DNA from: Lingula anatina
Taxonomy: Eukaryota > Animalia > Brachiopoda
Assembly: GCA_051362555.1 (NCBI GenBank)
Contig: CM120641.1
Span: 38,632,401-38,696,400, forward strand
DNA length: 64,000 nt
Direction: 5' to 3'
The notes under the pieces were generated by a model. The model was not told the origin of the DNA. It saw nothing but the letters and a program-made list of their open reading frames with translations, and did not search any database. Made by a program: the position numbers and the translations under genes. Positions 38,795-64,000 of this stretch are shown here, one piece after another. Position 1 is the first letter of the stretch. Each line of letters starts with the position of its first letter.

Positions 38795-39522
38795 GTAGGT
38801 TGTTCTGTCTTCACTTGTGATGGAATTGTTAGCATATATATTCAAGTTTTACAAGTGTTTTCAGTTTGTATGTTGTTGATTCAGTTTTAAAGATATAAGG
38901 GACCACACCCCACTAACCAAATACAACTAGCGTTAATGAAAAGTACAGTACACTTCCACGGTACAGATCTTATCTGTGCCATTCACGTTGAACATTATGT
39001 ACCTATACGTTTGCTGTCGAGTTGCAGTGTGTGCTGTTTTAAACATGTTTACTGGTCTTTATACATTTGGCCTTGCTTTTTATGAAATTTGAATTTCGCC
39101 TTGAATATGTTTTGTATACATACTGTACATAATGTAAAAAGCCAAGGAAATGGGTGGAGACTGTTTTGAACTCTGACAGAAATAGTGCTATCATTGTTGT
39201 TATATTTTTTTCAGCTGGCGCTTTTTTATATATCTAATTGTATACATTTATTTTGTCAACATACACCTATTCAAATGGAAAACTGAACAGACAAAATATA
39301 CTATTTAGGATTGAACTAGTGTAATCTTTTCAAGTCCCAAATGAAGGAGATCCAGTAGTAAATATCTCATATGATAAATTCACTATTTTTTTCGTAAGTG
39401 TTTCCTTGAATCTCTTGACAGATTTAAAAGAAAATAAGGACAGGAAATTTGTTTTCTCTTTCTTTTTGTCACTTCAAAAATTTTCTTTTCAACCCCTTGT
39501 GTTTACAGGAGGTAGGACAATA

Positions 39523-45878
<6,356 letters not shown>

Positions 45879-46969
45879 CAAAGAGTCCAATGTTTTTGCA
45901 AGATAAAAGGTCCCATTTATGAAATGTGGTAGTAGATTTAGGAGATAATCTAAAAGACTGTTAAGTGCTAGTTTGCTTAAAGGCTAATTCTACTGCCATT
46001 TTGCAATTAACAAAAGTCATTTTGCTGGTACTGAAAATCTCTTTTTATCTGTGATACTTGTACATATATATATATATTTGTTGTATATAAGATAACTTTT
46101 ATATAAGACAGTATTATTCTCTTTATTGTTGAAAACAGCTCACTTGTACATAGTTGTCAGTATGTCATCTGTAAAAACAGCTTTAAGTAAACATGTGATA
46201 AGCATGAATGCAAATTATGAAAGTCAGTGTGTTAATTTTTACCTTTAATTTCTCTGGATATGTGGATTTGAAGCATATGTAATTGTAATACTTTCGGTAG
46301 GTGCATCTTTTGTTTTACTTATCTAGCTTTGTATGTTCAACATATAGAGGATTTATGCCAATTTTGGAGATAGTTCACTTGTTTTCTCTTGTCAAGTCAC
46401 TAATTACTTTGTAAAAATTTTGCATAAAAAGTCAGAATCTTGTTTTAGGTTATTTCATAGTATACCTGTTGGTTCAATTCTTTAAGAAATGTCACATTTT
46501 CAACTGCGGCAGAACATGTTAGCAGCCAAGGTCATAATCCTTGATGTCATTTGTCACAATTGAAGACACCATTATGATATTCACTTGTTAAGGAAGTAAA
46601 ACCATAATATTTCTTAAATTGTCTCTATTTTTTCTTTTCAAAATAGAAGCAACGATTTCAATAAATTTCATCAAAATTTTGTTATTTCCCCAGTGGCATT
46701 TGAAATTCTTTTTTGCCTTTGAAAAAGCCTAAAAACAATTTTACTTTTATTTTATTTTCTTAAAAGACGTCTCAAAGAATTTGTTTCCATTACTCCGTAT
46801 ACTCAAAAGTTTCAGCCAAGTCCCTTTTAGCCACCTGTTTGATAACGTTTGGAGAAGGTACGTCTTGGCAAGTAACCACGCTTCTAGGAGGTGGCGCACC
46901 CAAGTGGCACACAATAATACAGGAAGTGTAATACGCAGGCGTGAATTCCAAAATACAAGCACCAACAAA

Positions 46970-49900
46970 ATGTCATATCGGGATCTTAGAAGTAAGTATT
47001 TATTACTTGATAAAACACATAACCTTATTGTGTTTGTTTTTCAACATTACAGCGTATCTAGTTTATGCAAGCATAATATTTTAAGTGAGCTGTTATTCAT
47101 AAATCAAGATTTGAGCGGCGTAACTAACCACGCTCAATAGAAAATGTTCGCGGCCTGATATGCGACGGTCAATTCAGACACTAAAAATTGAAATTTTGTT
47201 GCTATGCAGAATAACTCTGGTATATAATGAAAGAATAACATGTAGATTCAGCATTCCTTTAATTATTTACTTATCCTGAAGCTTACAGAAAACAGTTTTT
47301 TGATATTTTATCCTACTTCTAATTAATAATAAATATCGAAAACAACATCAATTTTGATAAAAATAATGATAAAAAAATTAATATCCTTTTCAGACTTCAC
47401 AGAAATGATGAGGGCCCTCGGGTATCCTCGTCTCATATCTATGGAGAATTTCCGTTCACCTAATTTCCCCCTTGTTGCTGAAGTTTTGATCTGGCTTGTG
47501 AAAAGGTAATTTGTTGTTAATTGAAACTTGCAGTGATACCAGTAGTTATTTTGTAAAAGTAATCCAAACTACCATACGATAGGAATAATTCCTACATTAT
47601 TTTAAATAAAGCATTCTTTTTCGTTTTACTTTGTATTTTTACCTTTTAACTAGCATTGTATTTCTGCTCTGTTGTTTAAATATATTCAGTTTAGATGTTG
47701 AGGTAGACTTAGCTTAAAACAGTGAAATGTTTACTCCTTATAGGTTTATATGTATCGTTTTTTAGGTACGATCCTAATGCAGATTTACCATTAGATGTAG
47801 ACACAGAACAAGACAGGGTTATCTTCATAAAGTCTGTGGCTCAGTTTATGGTAAGACACTTTCTGAGCATTACAAATTTTCTACAACCATATCTTTGCAA
47901 TATGAATTTACCATTGAAAAAACAATGAATGAGGACAAAACACATTCAACTTATGATATTGTGAATATGGTATCATTGTTTAAAGTAACAATTACACTAA
48001 AAGTATGGAAGCCAAATGGACTACTTACAGTTACACCTATTAAAGCATATTGAGTTAAAATATAAACATGAAACTTAATCTTAGTCTACAATTGCTCCAT
48101 TATAACTACATTGCACCTCAACATTCATTGTACCTTTAGGCCACAAAAGCACATATAAAACTGAACACCAAGAAGCTGTACCAGGCTGATGGCTATGCTG
48201 TGAAGGAACTTCTCAAGGTGACTGCAGTGCTGTACAATGCCATGAAGACCAATGTGGTAGACAAAGAGGACCAGGAAGATGATAATGATGCATCAGCCCT
48301 ATCATTCGATATATCGTCGAGGGTATGTAAAAAACATTTAACTAAGCAGTCTGGTGAGAATAAAAAAAAAATAGATTGTGAGATTGATCAAATCAGTTTG
48401 TATCATATGTCATTTGTTTGAACTAGGAATGAATGAATGAGATTAAATTTTAACTCTGCACTATACATTTGATTAAGTGATTTATTCTTCCAGTAGTCTG
48501 TGTATGTCTCAAGGAAGTTTAGATTTAAATTTTCTGATGACACATTTATTTACAGTATACATGTAGTAAAAGGTAATTACATATAATTATATTATTTTTT
48601 AAAATAAAGCTTATTCAAATATAAGCAATCAATTTTTGACTGGAAAGAATCGCTTATGTAATTATTTTTTAAAGCTAAAAATGTTAATGTTTATTTTATT
48701 TTGTTGCAGATAGCTGATTTAAAAGAAGCTCGCCACTTGGCCACAGATATCACGGAGAAGGGGGCCAAGTTGTATGATCTTTTGGGAAAGGAAGTTGATC
48801 TAAGAGTGAGAGCCATATTTTTTTATCACTGACATATTCGTACATACTCATACACAACATGTTACATACCTTTATCATGAGCAAATATCAGATCAATGTT
48901 TTGCAAAAGAATAACCTACTGTTACAATTATATCATTGTCCACATGTTTTATTTTTCAGGAGCAGAGATCTAACGTTATAGCCAGACCTTTGGAAATAAA
49001 TGAAGTGGAAAAGGGTCTGCAGGCATCCATCAAGGCTGTAGAGGTAGGTTTCATTTTCTTCTTTACTCTAGTTAGTTAGGAAAATAAGAACTAAAATTTT
49101 GTTATACCAGAAGACAATTTGTGTAATTAGGTATTGTGTTATTTCCCTTCCTTAGTTTTTTTCTTTTTTTTTTTTTTTTTTACAGGCAGACATAACAAAA
49201 ACCCAACAGATGATAGACAATGTTGCATCTGATGAAGCAAATCTTGAAGCAAAAATTGAAAAGAAAAAGAATGAGTTGGAGAGAAACACAAAGAGACTTT
49301 CTACATTGCAGAGTGTTAGGTAAAACAAACATGGAAACAAAAAAAGTAGGGGGTTTAACTGATGCTGTAGAGGTTGAAAACCCTGGGGATATTCATTACT
49401 AATTAAATATTAAAATTTAATTGAGGGACTTGAAGTGATCACTATATACAAGCCAGTGACTTTTTTACTCAACTTATTCCAAACGATACAAAGATAAGTT
49501 GGTGAATTCCCAGGCATTAAAGATATAAGACAAGGTGTATGTATTGAGAAAAGGCATTTTATTCTGATCCTGCTTATGTGAGTATTGTAAATATATTATT
49601 CACTATTTTGTGCAAAAATCAATTAATTCCAGGCCTGCCTACATGGATGAATATGAAAAGCTGGAGGAGGACCTGCGTAAAATGTATCAGGAGTATATGA
49701 TGAAGTTCAGGTGTCAGACCTTCTTAGAGGCTAAACTGGAGGAATACAACCGAGCAGAACAAGAAAAGTTTGAGGTAACGCTTTGTCAACTAGAAAAATG
49801 CTGGGCTTAACTAATGATCATGATTTTTACCGAATGCTAACTAGGATTTACTTAAGTTGTAATCTTAAAGAAGAACAATGATTTATTTTTACTAGTTAAT

Positions 49901-51282
49901 TTGTAGAAAGTTTGTATTTTGGTAGGTACAGAAAAGAAATTTGATTAATTATCATAGGATACCGTGTTGGGGACAATTGAAAAAAGATATATTTTTTAAA
50001 AAGCAGTTGTTCACTATGAGCTTATTGTCTAATTAAATTATGGTAGTCTTTTTGTCAATAAATAGTACTATTCATGCTCAAACTTCTATAAATTTAAAAA
50101 CATATTACTTTTTTTTCAGGAATCTGAGGAAGCATTAAGGAAAATGCAAGAGAAAGTGAAAAATGAAGAGAGGAAAAGAAACGAAGGTGGTTTTGACATT
50201 GATGAAGATGATTTCGAAGGTAAGACTATGAGACTCTCAAAAGCATTGCATTTACTTAAAATCTTCTGTTAGCGCAAAATTGATTGTGTATAGTGTTCTT
50301 CAATTATCTTCTGTGTGACCAAGATTGTCGAGTATCATCTTTGCAAAGAATGTTCAAATTTCAGAGAAATAAGTTTGAGCTAACGTACAGTATGCATTAT
50401 GTAATACTAGGCCTAGTCCAAGATGATGATGGTGCTAGTGATACTGATGAAGATGTCCCCAAAAGACCAGAGCGACCAGGACATGGAGCAGGGAGATCCA
50501 AGGAAGGTAAGGACAGCTTTATTTGGAATCTCTCAACACCAAAATTAGTCAGTCACTCTACAGTAGAATAGTTAAATATATATAAAAAGGAAGGACTGCT
50601 ATGTTACACATACGCACGGTAATGACTGACATGGTTATTGGTCAGTTTCTTGAGAAGGCCAAACTTGCACTGATGGCTTATTTAAAGTAGTTTCTGATGT
50701 ACGCTTTTATTAGCACATCATCATGTAAATACATTGAAAAACATTATTTAACTATGCGTAACTACATATACAAATCATATAGATTTACTTTGTCCAGTAC
50801 GAAACATTTTTGTGTATTTCAGGCAGTGCAGGTGGCTCCAAAGGGGTACGTCCTGGGGGGAGTGGTCGCCCCAGGGTGACAGGGTCAATGGGAGCAGATC
50901 TCAGTGATGAGGATGAAGACGAGGTACGTGTTGTTGGTTTCTTATTCAAATTGAAAATTTATCACCCTGCTTTGTTTTTTTAAATGGAAAAGCTGTTGGG
51001 GAAAACCACAAACTCAAAATGTACATGTTAAACGTGTGAAACATTTGCATTTGCTTGTATTCATTGGTCTTATATTGATAATATTTCATTAACCTGCAGG
51101 ATTCTGAAGATGAAGATGACTCAGATGGCCTTGATGACCTTGAAGATGATGATGATATGGATGGTCCTGATGGAGGGGAAATGGGAGACACTGATGATGA
51201 AGAATTTGGATTAGGCGGAGGAGGAAATCCTCGTAGAGGACCTCCAAAACAAGATCCTGATAGTGACAATAGTGACTTTTAA
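46970..51282 (+). CDS. CLUAP1: Clusterin-associated protein 1 / IFT38 (IFT-B subunit), 12 coding exons
   Basis: Exons 46970-46991, 47394-47505, 47766-47850, 48140-48322, 48710-48805, 48960-49043, 49186-49319, 49633-49774, 50120-50219, 50411-50506, 50823-50923, 51100-51282. [39 protein letters not shown]...[43 protein letters not shown]...[13 protein letters not shown]; acidic tail ending SDNSDF*. Confidence 0.96.
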
Positions 51283-51920
51283 TTGTTAAAAGTGGGAGTT
51301 AAAAAGATTTGTGGAAGATATCATATTTATCAATATTCATCTGTGACTTTCCTAGCAATCTTCACTAAGTGAATGGTGAAAGAAACACAAATTATTATTT
51401 CATCAAACCAGAGGATTGTCTGTGATTTAAAAAATGTTGTACTTACATATCTTATATGTGTGTATATATGTACCTGTAGATTGTGTGTGATGCAATTTTG
51501 ACTCTATTCTTACTTCACTGAAAAAGTGATGTATAACCCTGCAACTTTCTTGGGGTAGTGACTCTAATATTTTCTATGTGTATTAAAGTGCATTAATTCC
51601 AATTGATAATAATAAGTATATTTTAATGTAATTATAGTTTTGTTTCATTGTGTTATTTGTGAAATGTTTATCACATCACCTGTTCTCCAATATTTATTTT
51701 GAGGACCTTAGAAATATACTTTGAATTTATTTGTGCTGAAGCTGTAGACTATATAAAATATGTATTTGGTGAGTTTACAAATATTCACATAAAGCGCACA
51801 TGAAAATCTGATTTTTTTTTTTTTCCTTTTTTGTTTAACACTTAATATTACACTTATTGTGTTAGGTGAGATTGATTGTGCTTATATTATAATCCACATT
51901 GATGAAACTCCACATATAAT

Positions 51921-52080
51921 TGGTCCAATGTGAAGTTAGATTTGATTGGTCAAAGAAGTTATATATGCTAATGCTCGACCTTCACTCTTTCTATTTCTTA
52001 CCGTGTAAACACGAGGCAAAAAGTAAGGCTTTTGCCGCTTTCACCTTTGTGCAGCGAGTGTAGAACCTTACATACTACGG
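51921..52080 (+). promoter_or_regulatory. SHMT1 promoter with two CCAAT boxes and a non-coding first exon
   Basis: GTCCAATG (~51923) and TGATTGGTC (~51943). Strong donor ACGG|GTAAGT at 52080/52081; acceptor ATAG just before the ATG at 52978. Confidence 0.5.
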
Positions 52081-52977
52081 GTAAGTAAATTTAAAAGTTT
52101 GAAATACCTAGACTACAAACTAAATTGCAAGAGGCGATCTGTCTTACGCCGCTTATATGAATTTAGTCTAGGACAGAAATTGAAAACGTCGTGAGTGACA
52201 CTTCGTAAACTTTATCTGCAGTGCCAGCTAGTGCTGTTAGGGGCGGGAAATTCAGTCCTACATGTTTGTTAATTGGCGTTTTAATCAAGCAGGATATGTC
52301 TAAATCATGATGGTATTTTACTCTGTTTTTACAGCATTTTCTCCTTTTTTAATTCTTATTACGGTCATTAAGTAGGAAACGTCTAATTAATGTTGTCGCT
52401 AGTATTTGGGGGGGGGGGGGGGGGGGTCGTACACCGTCCATGTATTTACGTTAGTTTCTAGCGTTCTACATTGATATAATTCTAATATCCAGCACGATGT
52501 TGTTTGAGGCCTACACGTTAAACCAAAATTTGCTTACCAATGCACACAGCTTAAGACAAAAGCATAAAAAGCCATGTACTCATATTTCAGTGATTTTTCT
52601 TGGGATGAACCAGCTTCAAATAGGGATATGTCCCTTTGAAAAAGGTTGAAGGAGCTTGGCTTAATTTTATCATGACTTAATACTTTGTACATGTAGTTGA
52701 CCACTGTTCACTTCTTTGTTTTTTAGTTATAGTGCTGTCTGTACTGTAAGTTTTACTTTAAAACACTGCTCCTGAGAAGAACCAGATGGGTAGTTCTTAC
52801 TCATTTTTCAATTTATCTCAAATTTGAATACTTCAGCCGTAAAAGAAATTTGTTATGGATAAAGTTAGATTTATACTCACTTATGTTCTAACATTGTAAG
52901 GATAAGTGGTGTACTACTTTGTTTATCCCCAGAACTGTCTTGTTTTTAATCATTTCTGTTAAATATTATATAGGAAA

Positions 52978-53197
52978 ATGGAAGTTGATGGTGCTGGTGA
53001 GCGCTGGAATCTACAGGATGACCTGTCTGTGGACGACCCAGAGATGCATGCACTGATTAAGGCAGAGAAAAGACGCCAGATGTGTGGTCTGGAACTCATT
53101 GCCTCCGAGAACTTTGCCAGCAAGGCTGTGTTGCAGGCCCAAGGTTCATGCCTGAATAACAAATATTCTGAGGGACTGCCAGGACAAAGGTTTGGGT

Positions 53198-53249
<52 letters not shown>

Positions 53250-56135
53250 TGAGAATAAGGTAAAGCCTTATAAAGTAAAATTATATGATTGCGCTTGGTT
53301 GTGTAGGTCTCTGAAGAGAAGTTCTTATATAATGCTGTTGACCTTGATGCATTTAGGACAAATAGTGTTATCATATCAGCCCACCTGACTTTGACTGAGT
53401 TATAGGTTTAAAAACTAGGTAAATCGCCTGTTGTATAATCATGTATTTTTCCCTTTTTTGTAAGTGCAAGGGTTTAGATCTTAGAAAAAATAAGTTAGAC
53501 AACATGATGCATATAAAATGTTCCCTGACTTTATTTTATTTATTTATTTATTTATACTTTTTTTATAGGTACTATGGTGGTAATGAAATTATTGACAAAG
53601 TGGAACGTCTCTGCCAGAAACGTGCATTAGAAGCATTTGGCTTGAAACCTGAGGAATGGGGAGTCAATGTCCAACCTCTCTCAGGGTCCCCAGCCAACTT
53701 TGCAGTGTATACAGCTCTGGTGGAACCCCATGGAAGAATCATGGGTCTTGACTTACCAGATGGAGGTCATCTCAGTCATGGTTTTATGACCTCATCAAAG
53801 AAGATATCTGCCACTTCTATTTTCTTTGAATCTATGCCTTACAAAGTTGACCCAGTCACCGGGCTGATAGACTATGACAAGTTACAGGAAAATGCCAAGT
53901 TGTTCAAGCCCAAAATGATAATTGCAGGTGAGAGGATTCATTATCTTTATATTTGTTTTTTTATGTGCATGAAGTAAACAGTTTAAAAATTGAACTACGC
54001 TCTTTTACAGGATGTATATTTTAAAATATCACTTTCCTATGCCAAAAAATAATTGGTCGAGCATAGAAAGATCTTCTTTATGACAATGTGGTTTGAGAAT
54101 AGATTTCTTAGTGTCAGGCTCTGCTCTTTCTTAAGAGTAACAATAATATCAATATAAGAGGAAGGACTTACACAAGAAGATGCATAACTTGTAATGGATA
54201 TTTCTTCACAGGTGTTAGCTGCTACTCCAGAAATTTGGACTATCAAAGATTCCGCCAAATAGCAGATGAGAATGATTCCTATCTCCTGGCAGATATGGCT
54301 CACATCAGTGGTTTGGTTGCTGCTGGAGTAGTGCCCAGTCCATTTGCATTCTGCGACATTGTCACAACAACAACGCACAAGTCACTCCGTGGTCCCAGGG
54401 CTGGGTTGATCTTCTTTAGAAAAGGTATGTTGACAAGTTTTAGATTGATACTATTGCTGAACTAAATAAACTGACTTGTAGTTTTCCTTTAGAAAATTAA
54501 AACTCATTCAATCAATTTTTCTGTTAATGAAATATTTAAAATACTTCCTCTGACAGCTTTAAACCTATCAGATCAAGTGGACTTAAACGTATAAAACGTG
54601 AATTTCTTTCAGGTGTTAGAAGAGTGGACAAGAATGGCCAGAATGTCATGTATGATATTGAGAAGAAGATCAATGATGCAGTGTTCCCTGGACTACAGGG
54701 TGGACCACACAATCACGCCATTGCTGGTAATTAGTGATTTCTTGTTATTAAACCAGTCAGTGAACAGTATTTACCCAACTACATTATTGAGTTGTTACAA
54801 AGTGATGCTGATTGTGCTGTTTTTGGATAGGGTGAACTTAATTACTGAAATTTTCAGCAAAAATTTTAGTAAATAGAACAATCCAACATTAATCTAGTCC
54901 GTAAATCTATTTCCTTGAAAATTATATTTAATCACTGTATATGTTTTAGCTTTGCTGTCTGATCAATAATTTCTGTAGAGCCAGGTGCCTTTTTAAAAAG
55001 AATTATTTGTGAAACTTATAAGGGATCATGGTTTCATTTTGTCTGACTGTAATTTGCATGAGGTGTATTCTGTTTCTTTGCAGCTGTTGCTGTTGCCTTA
55101 AAACAAGCTGCACTGCCAGAATTTAAGATTTACCAACAACAGGTTATAAAGAATTGTCAGGCCATGTGTAAGCACTTTATCAACAGAGGATACCATGTTG
55201 TTTCAGGTAAAATGATACATATTGTAAAGGTGGATAAATCATGCAACGCTTCTCAGGAATTGTTCATCATAAAATTTTTAAATATTTACAATATATATAA
55301 TTTTGCTCAGACATAATATAAGGGGTTAAATGGATGAGATACATATGTATTAATTTCTTTTTCCTAAAATTTTCAGTGGAGGTAAATTGTTTTGTTTTAA
55401 ACTTCATTGTAGTTATTTGTATTGTATTGTTTATGAAACACTGTCTGTTTAAAGGTGGAACTGATAATCACTTGATACTGCTTGACCTCCGTCCCAATAA
55501 GACCACTGGCTCCCGTGCAGAGAAGGTGCTGGAAGAGATCAGTATTGCTGTTAATAAGAATACCTGCCCAGGTGACAAGAGTGCTTTAAACCCTAGTGGA
55601 CTGAGACTGGGGACACCTGCTCTCACATCAAGGAACCTGAAAGAAGCAGATTTTGAGAAAGTTGCTGAGTTCATTCATTTGGGTAAGAAATTAATTTGAA
55701 AATTGTTAATTGTACTATATTATTTTTTCCTAAAATTCTACTTTTGTTCTAGATTTTGTGTTCTGTTTCTGATATTTGTGAGTTTTTCAAGCTCTAGTTA
55801 CTCCATAACTTAGAAAAAAAGGAAAATATAACCAGTGCATCTGCAGTATTTTACCATCAAGTCTTAGAAGATGCTATAATACAATTTTTTTTTTTTTTTT
55901 TTCAAATGAAAATTTGCTGTTTGATTGACCTTGTTGTATTTGCTACATTTCTCTTATTTGAAATTCAGGCATTCAGCTGACCACAGAGATCCAGTCTCAA
56001 TGTGGCCCAACTCTGAGAGAGTTCAAGGCCAAGCTTGCTGAAGACCCGGCTGTGCATGAGAAGATAAAAGCTCTGCGTGAGCAAGTGGAAGCCTTTGCTC
56101 TTACCTTCCCTATGCCTGGACATGATGATTTATAA
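52978..56135 (+). CDS. SHMT1: Serine hydroxymethyltransferase, cytosolic type, ~471 aa, 7 coding exons
   Basis: Exons 52978-53189, 53569-53927, 54212-54424, 54613-54726, 55084-55206, 55455-55682, 55969-56135. [39 protein letters not shown]-lysine motif [40 protein letters not shown]...IADEN and the lack of a transit peptide favour SHMT1 over SHMT2. Confidence 0.95.
53198..53248. repeat. Poly-T tract just after a SHMT1 splice donor
   Basis: About 50 consecutive T. Confidence 0.9.
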
Positions 56136-58304
56136 CATGTTTGCCATTCAAAGAAATTGGAAACATAACAATTGTGATTGAAGCAACTTTTGCTAAAACC
56201 ATCCAGTTCCTATATATATATGAAAAGCTGTGATTAGCTAAGCAGCAGGCTCATGATATTGCAATAAAGTTTTAAAATAATTATGTGACGTGCAGCTTTA
56301 TGGAAGTCAAATTTAGCATCCCCTGCAGGTTAAATTTTAACTCCACTGGCAGGGTGTATTTTGTGAATTTTGAATGAATTGTAAAATTACATTTGTAATT
56401 CAATAGACTGATTTTATATAATGATAAGGTCACTTACATTGTACAATTTGATCAGGTATTTTCCTGCATTACTTTGTGAAACGCACAGGAAAATAAGACA
56501 TATTGCATTGCACTGTCACAAACTGGGGGGCTTGTCAAAATATTTTTGCCCCAATAGATCATCAATTTGACCCCAAATCAAATTATCAATGTAATTAGTT
56601 CCTCAGTAATGCACAATTTGAATCTATACTTGGGAATATTCCAACTGTAGGTTTTTCTAAAGTTAATCACTCAAATAATATATGTTATTTGATATCCATT
56701 TTCAGTATATGATAACAAGGCTTAGAGATCTATTGGTATAAAAGAAAAAGGTATTTATCCTCAAGAGGTTCTATTGACATGTAGCTACATATTGTATTGA
56801 TTTTCTTATCTACCCAATGTAAAGGACTTAAAATTGGTGTTTGTGGGATTTTGCTTATCATAGATAACATTCCTGTATTATGTGACTTAGCTATATGAAA
56901 CATTGTATAACACATCCATAGGCTTCCATGCAATTATTGCACATATTTATAGACACTTTTTTTATGGTGTGACCATTATTTTATTTGCAGTGGGGTGAAT
57001 TGACAAAGACTGTTGGGTAGCCATGGTATAGGGCAAATCCTGTATCTTCAGGATAGATTTTGTTTTGTTAAATGTAGATTGAAGAATTTATATTCAATAT
57101 CAAACTGAGTTTATTGTTACTGTATCAAGATAACGTGCACTTTATAAAATGAAAGGAACTTGTTACTTAAAGATTTTTTATCATTGTTATGAATGAAATC
57201 ACTGGTCCCCGTGATAAAAAAAATCAAGAATTCAGGACAAAAAAAAATCAATAATGATTGCTTTAGTTTTACCCGTAGGTAGTACAATGTACAGTAGTTT
57301 GATCCTGTAAGGAAAGTATGATTCTTTCTTCTATATTCAGTTTGTGTCATCAGCATTAAGATATGGTTCATATGTATAGTACTGCATATTGGAGAAAAAC
57401 ATCAGACAATTTTGGTTATGTTATATACTTCATAATTTGAGTTTTTGTTTGTGAACGTGATACAATTAATTCTCTCTTTCCCTTTAAAGGATATGGTACA
57501 ATCAGCATGTCTTTTGCATTTTAAACTAATCTGACAACAATAACTTGGAATCGTACAAATATCTGTATTTTTCACTTGTTTACAATCACAAGTACAAAAG
57601 TACCTCAGTACTGGATGTGGATTTAAGTATGGACAAATGATATTATCATTGTAATATCATTGTTCAATATTTTAAATGGAATTTTGTCAAAGTATAACTA
57701 AAATAAATAAATGCAATCAGTGATGTTTAAAGATGCCTTGTTGGTGGATTTTCATGCTTTGCTCAACACATACTTGGCCCTCCATTCTATTTTATGTTGA
57801 ACAGAAAATATTCCATGAGAAATTAGGAACATGTACAGGTACCATTATTATTGTTACCATACAATATGTGCCCTGAATTACAAGAATAAAGTTATGGCAG
57901 TGATCGTACAATAGATCCGATAAGTTGATCCGATCAGCATTTCCTTTTACCTAGTGCCACGATAAACCACACCAAAAATATTGAGATATTTAAATAGAAC
58001 ACGACCGATTATATCCATTTAAAAAGTTCATTTGTAAGACTATATTATGAGTTGCATAATGTTGATGGAGTCTACCACCAGGTGGCTGTTTTGTAACTTT
58101 ATATCTGAGCACACCATGGATTCTTGTTAATTGTTGGAAGGGCTTTTCAGAATGACTTTACTCTTTCCAAGATTGCACTAAGTAAACGATATCGGCTGCT
58201 TTAAATCATTTAAATATACTTTTCAAAGCTGGTTATTAGGGCTGTGTGATGTCTTGATTTGCAGCGCTCCAAGCGCCAGAAAAATATAGGTCGTGACAGC
58301 CAGC

Positions 58305-63120
<4,816 letters not shown>

Positions 63121-63380
63121 CTTTGTTAAGAGAGTTTATTACAATATAAATTGGTACTGCAGTTGCATGATTATTCATTCACAGTATTCTAAGAATCCTT
63201 AGAGATAGTAGTTGAAATCTAATTAATTTCACATTCGTTATTTCTTAACGTAAATAAATCCTGCATGGCCACATAGGTACTAAAAAAATGATACAAAAAT
63301 AGGAGTCTCTGCCAGCAAAACTTTCCATCATTTTGTTAGTATTATAAAGGAATAGAAATCTCTAAACATGCACTGTGTTC

Positions 63381-63790
63381 TTAATCACTCCAAATGTTAG
63401 TATCGGTCAGTTCCGACTCGTCGCTGCTGAAGTCCTCTTCTGAAGCGCAAGCATAGCAGATGTGCTGCAAAGAAAAAAACATTCTATCAACTTATTGATA
63501 TAACATGGGGGTAGTGGTTCTCATTTCATTTGTACCAAAATTGTAAAAATATAAATAAAAAGACAATTTCTTGTTGATTTCATTTGTTGCTTGTTTTGTA
63601 TTACCTTTACATCTTTCCAGCATTGTTTGCAATATACGAAGTTGCAACCAGGAGTGGCACAAATATGGAACTCTTTATTCTGGGGCTCTTCACAGATAAG
63701 ACAACGTTTTTTGCCCATGCCCATAATTTTAAGGCAGCTACATAGTCTGGGGAACTGGTTAATGAGGGCCACTGAGAGGTCTGTCCTCAT
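63381..63790 (-). CDS. DCST1: Last two exons of a DC-STAMP-domain protein (DCST1/sneaky-like) with a C-terminal C4C4 RING-like finger; 5' part lies outside the window
   Basis: Exons 63790-63605 and 63464-63381 (phase 0): ...KRCLICEEPQNKEFHICATPGCNFVYCKQCWKDVK|HICYACASEEDFSSDESELTDTNIWSD*. The YCxxCWxD spacing matches DCST1 better than DCST2. Confidence 0.75.
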
Positions 63791-64000
63791 CTGAAATAAA
63801 GTTATGGATTATTCAGTTTACAGCAGGGCCATTGCTGCAGGTATGGCTTATATTTTACCACCTGTTAGACAACAAGATTTCCGTGTGACATGCTTTTTCT
63901 CACTCACAGGTTGCGTGTACAAACATTACGTAAGTGACAACAGACCGATTGCTGGATGAATTCCGATTTCTTCACCAAGCACTTTCATGCCCATACGTTT

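Noticed and set aside
47198-47212. RFX X-box near the CLUAP1 start (GTTGCTATG...)
   Set aside because: Only the left half-site matches; not enough to call.
52080-52977. Alternative exon encoding a mitochondrial transit peptide for SHMT
   Set aside because: No ATG-containing exon with a compatible donor was found, and the protein looks SHMT1-like.
58200-58304. Iron-responsive element in the FECH leader or other UTRs
   Set aside because: The CAGTGN occurrences I examined lack the 5-bp upper stem plus bulged C. A SIREs or Infernal scan would be needed to exclude variants.
63900-64000. Additional DCST1 coding exon at the window end
   Set aside because: All three minus-strand frames hit stop codons before the candidate donor.

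Overview
AT-rich, gene-dense eukaryotic DNA with short GT-AG introns. A marine invertebrate, probably a mollusc, is inferred from protein divergence and repeat types. I built eight spliced genes by hand with exon phases checked: La/SSB (+), a PLAC8/cornifelin-family gene (-), a ~1,140-aa multi-ankyrin protein gene (-, head-to-head with KRIT1), KRIT1 (+), CLUAP1 (+), cytosolic SHMT1 (+), ferrochelatase (+) and the last two exons of DCST1/sneaky (-). Most ORFs in the supplied track are single exons with intron read-through, or noise. The most notable non-coding item is a complete minimal type I hammerhead ribozyme (33547-33593, minus strand) in the sense orientation of a long intron of the ankyrin gene, next to a ~190-nt fold-back hairpin. 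Others are a U12-type intron and a GC-AG intron in La, a MITE with a 5-bp target-site duplication nested in an older palindrome, CTCF-like motifs at three gene boundaries, and probably overlapping FECH/DCST1 3' UTRs. I found no rRNA, tRNA or CRISPR features. No database searches were run; gene names rest on recognised motifs.
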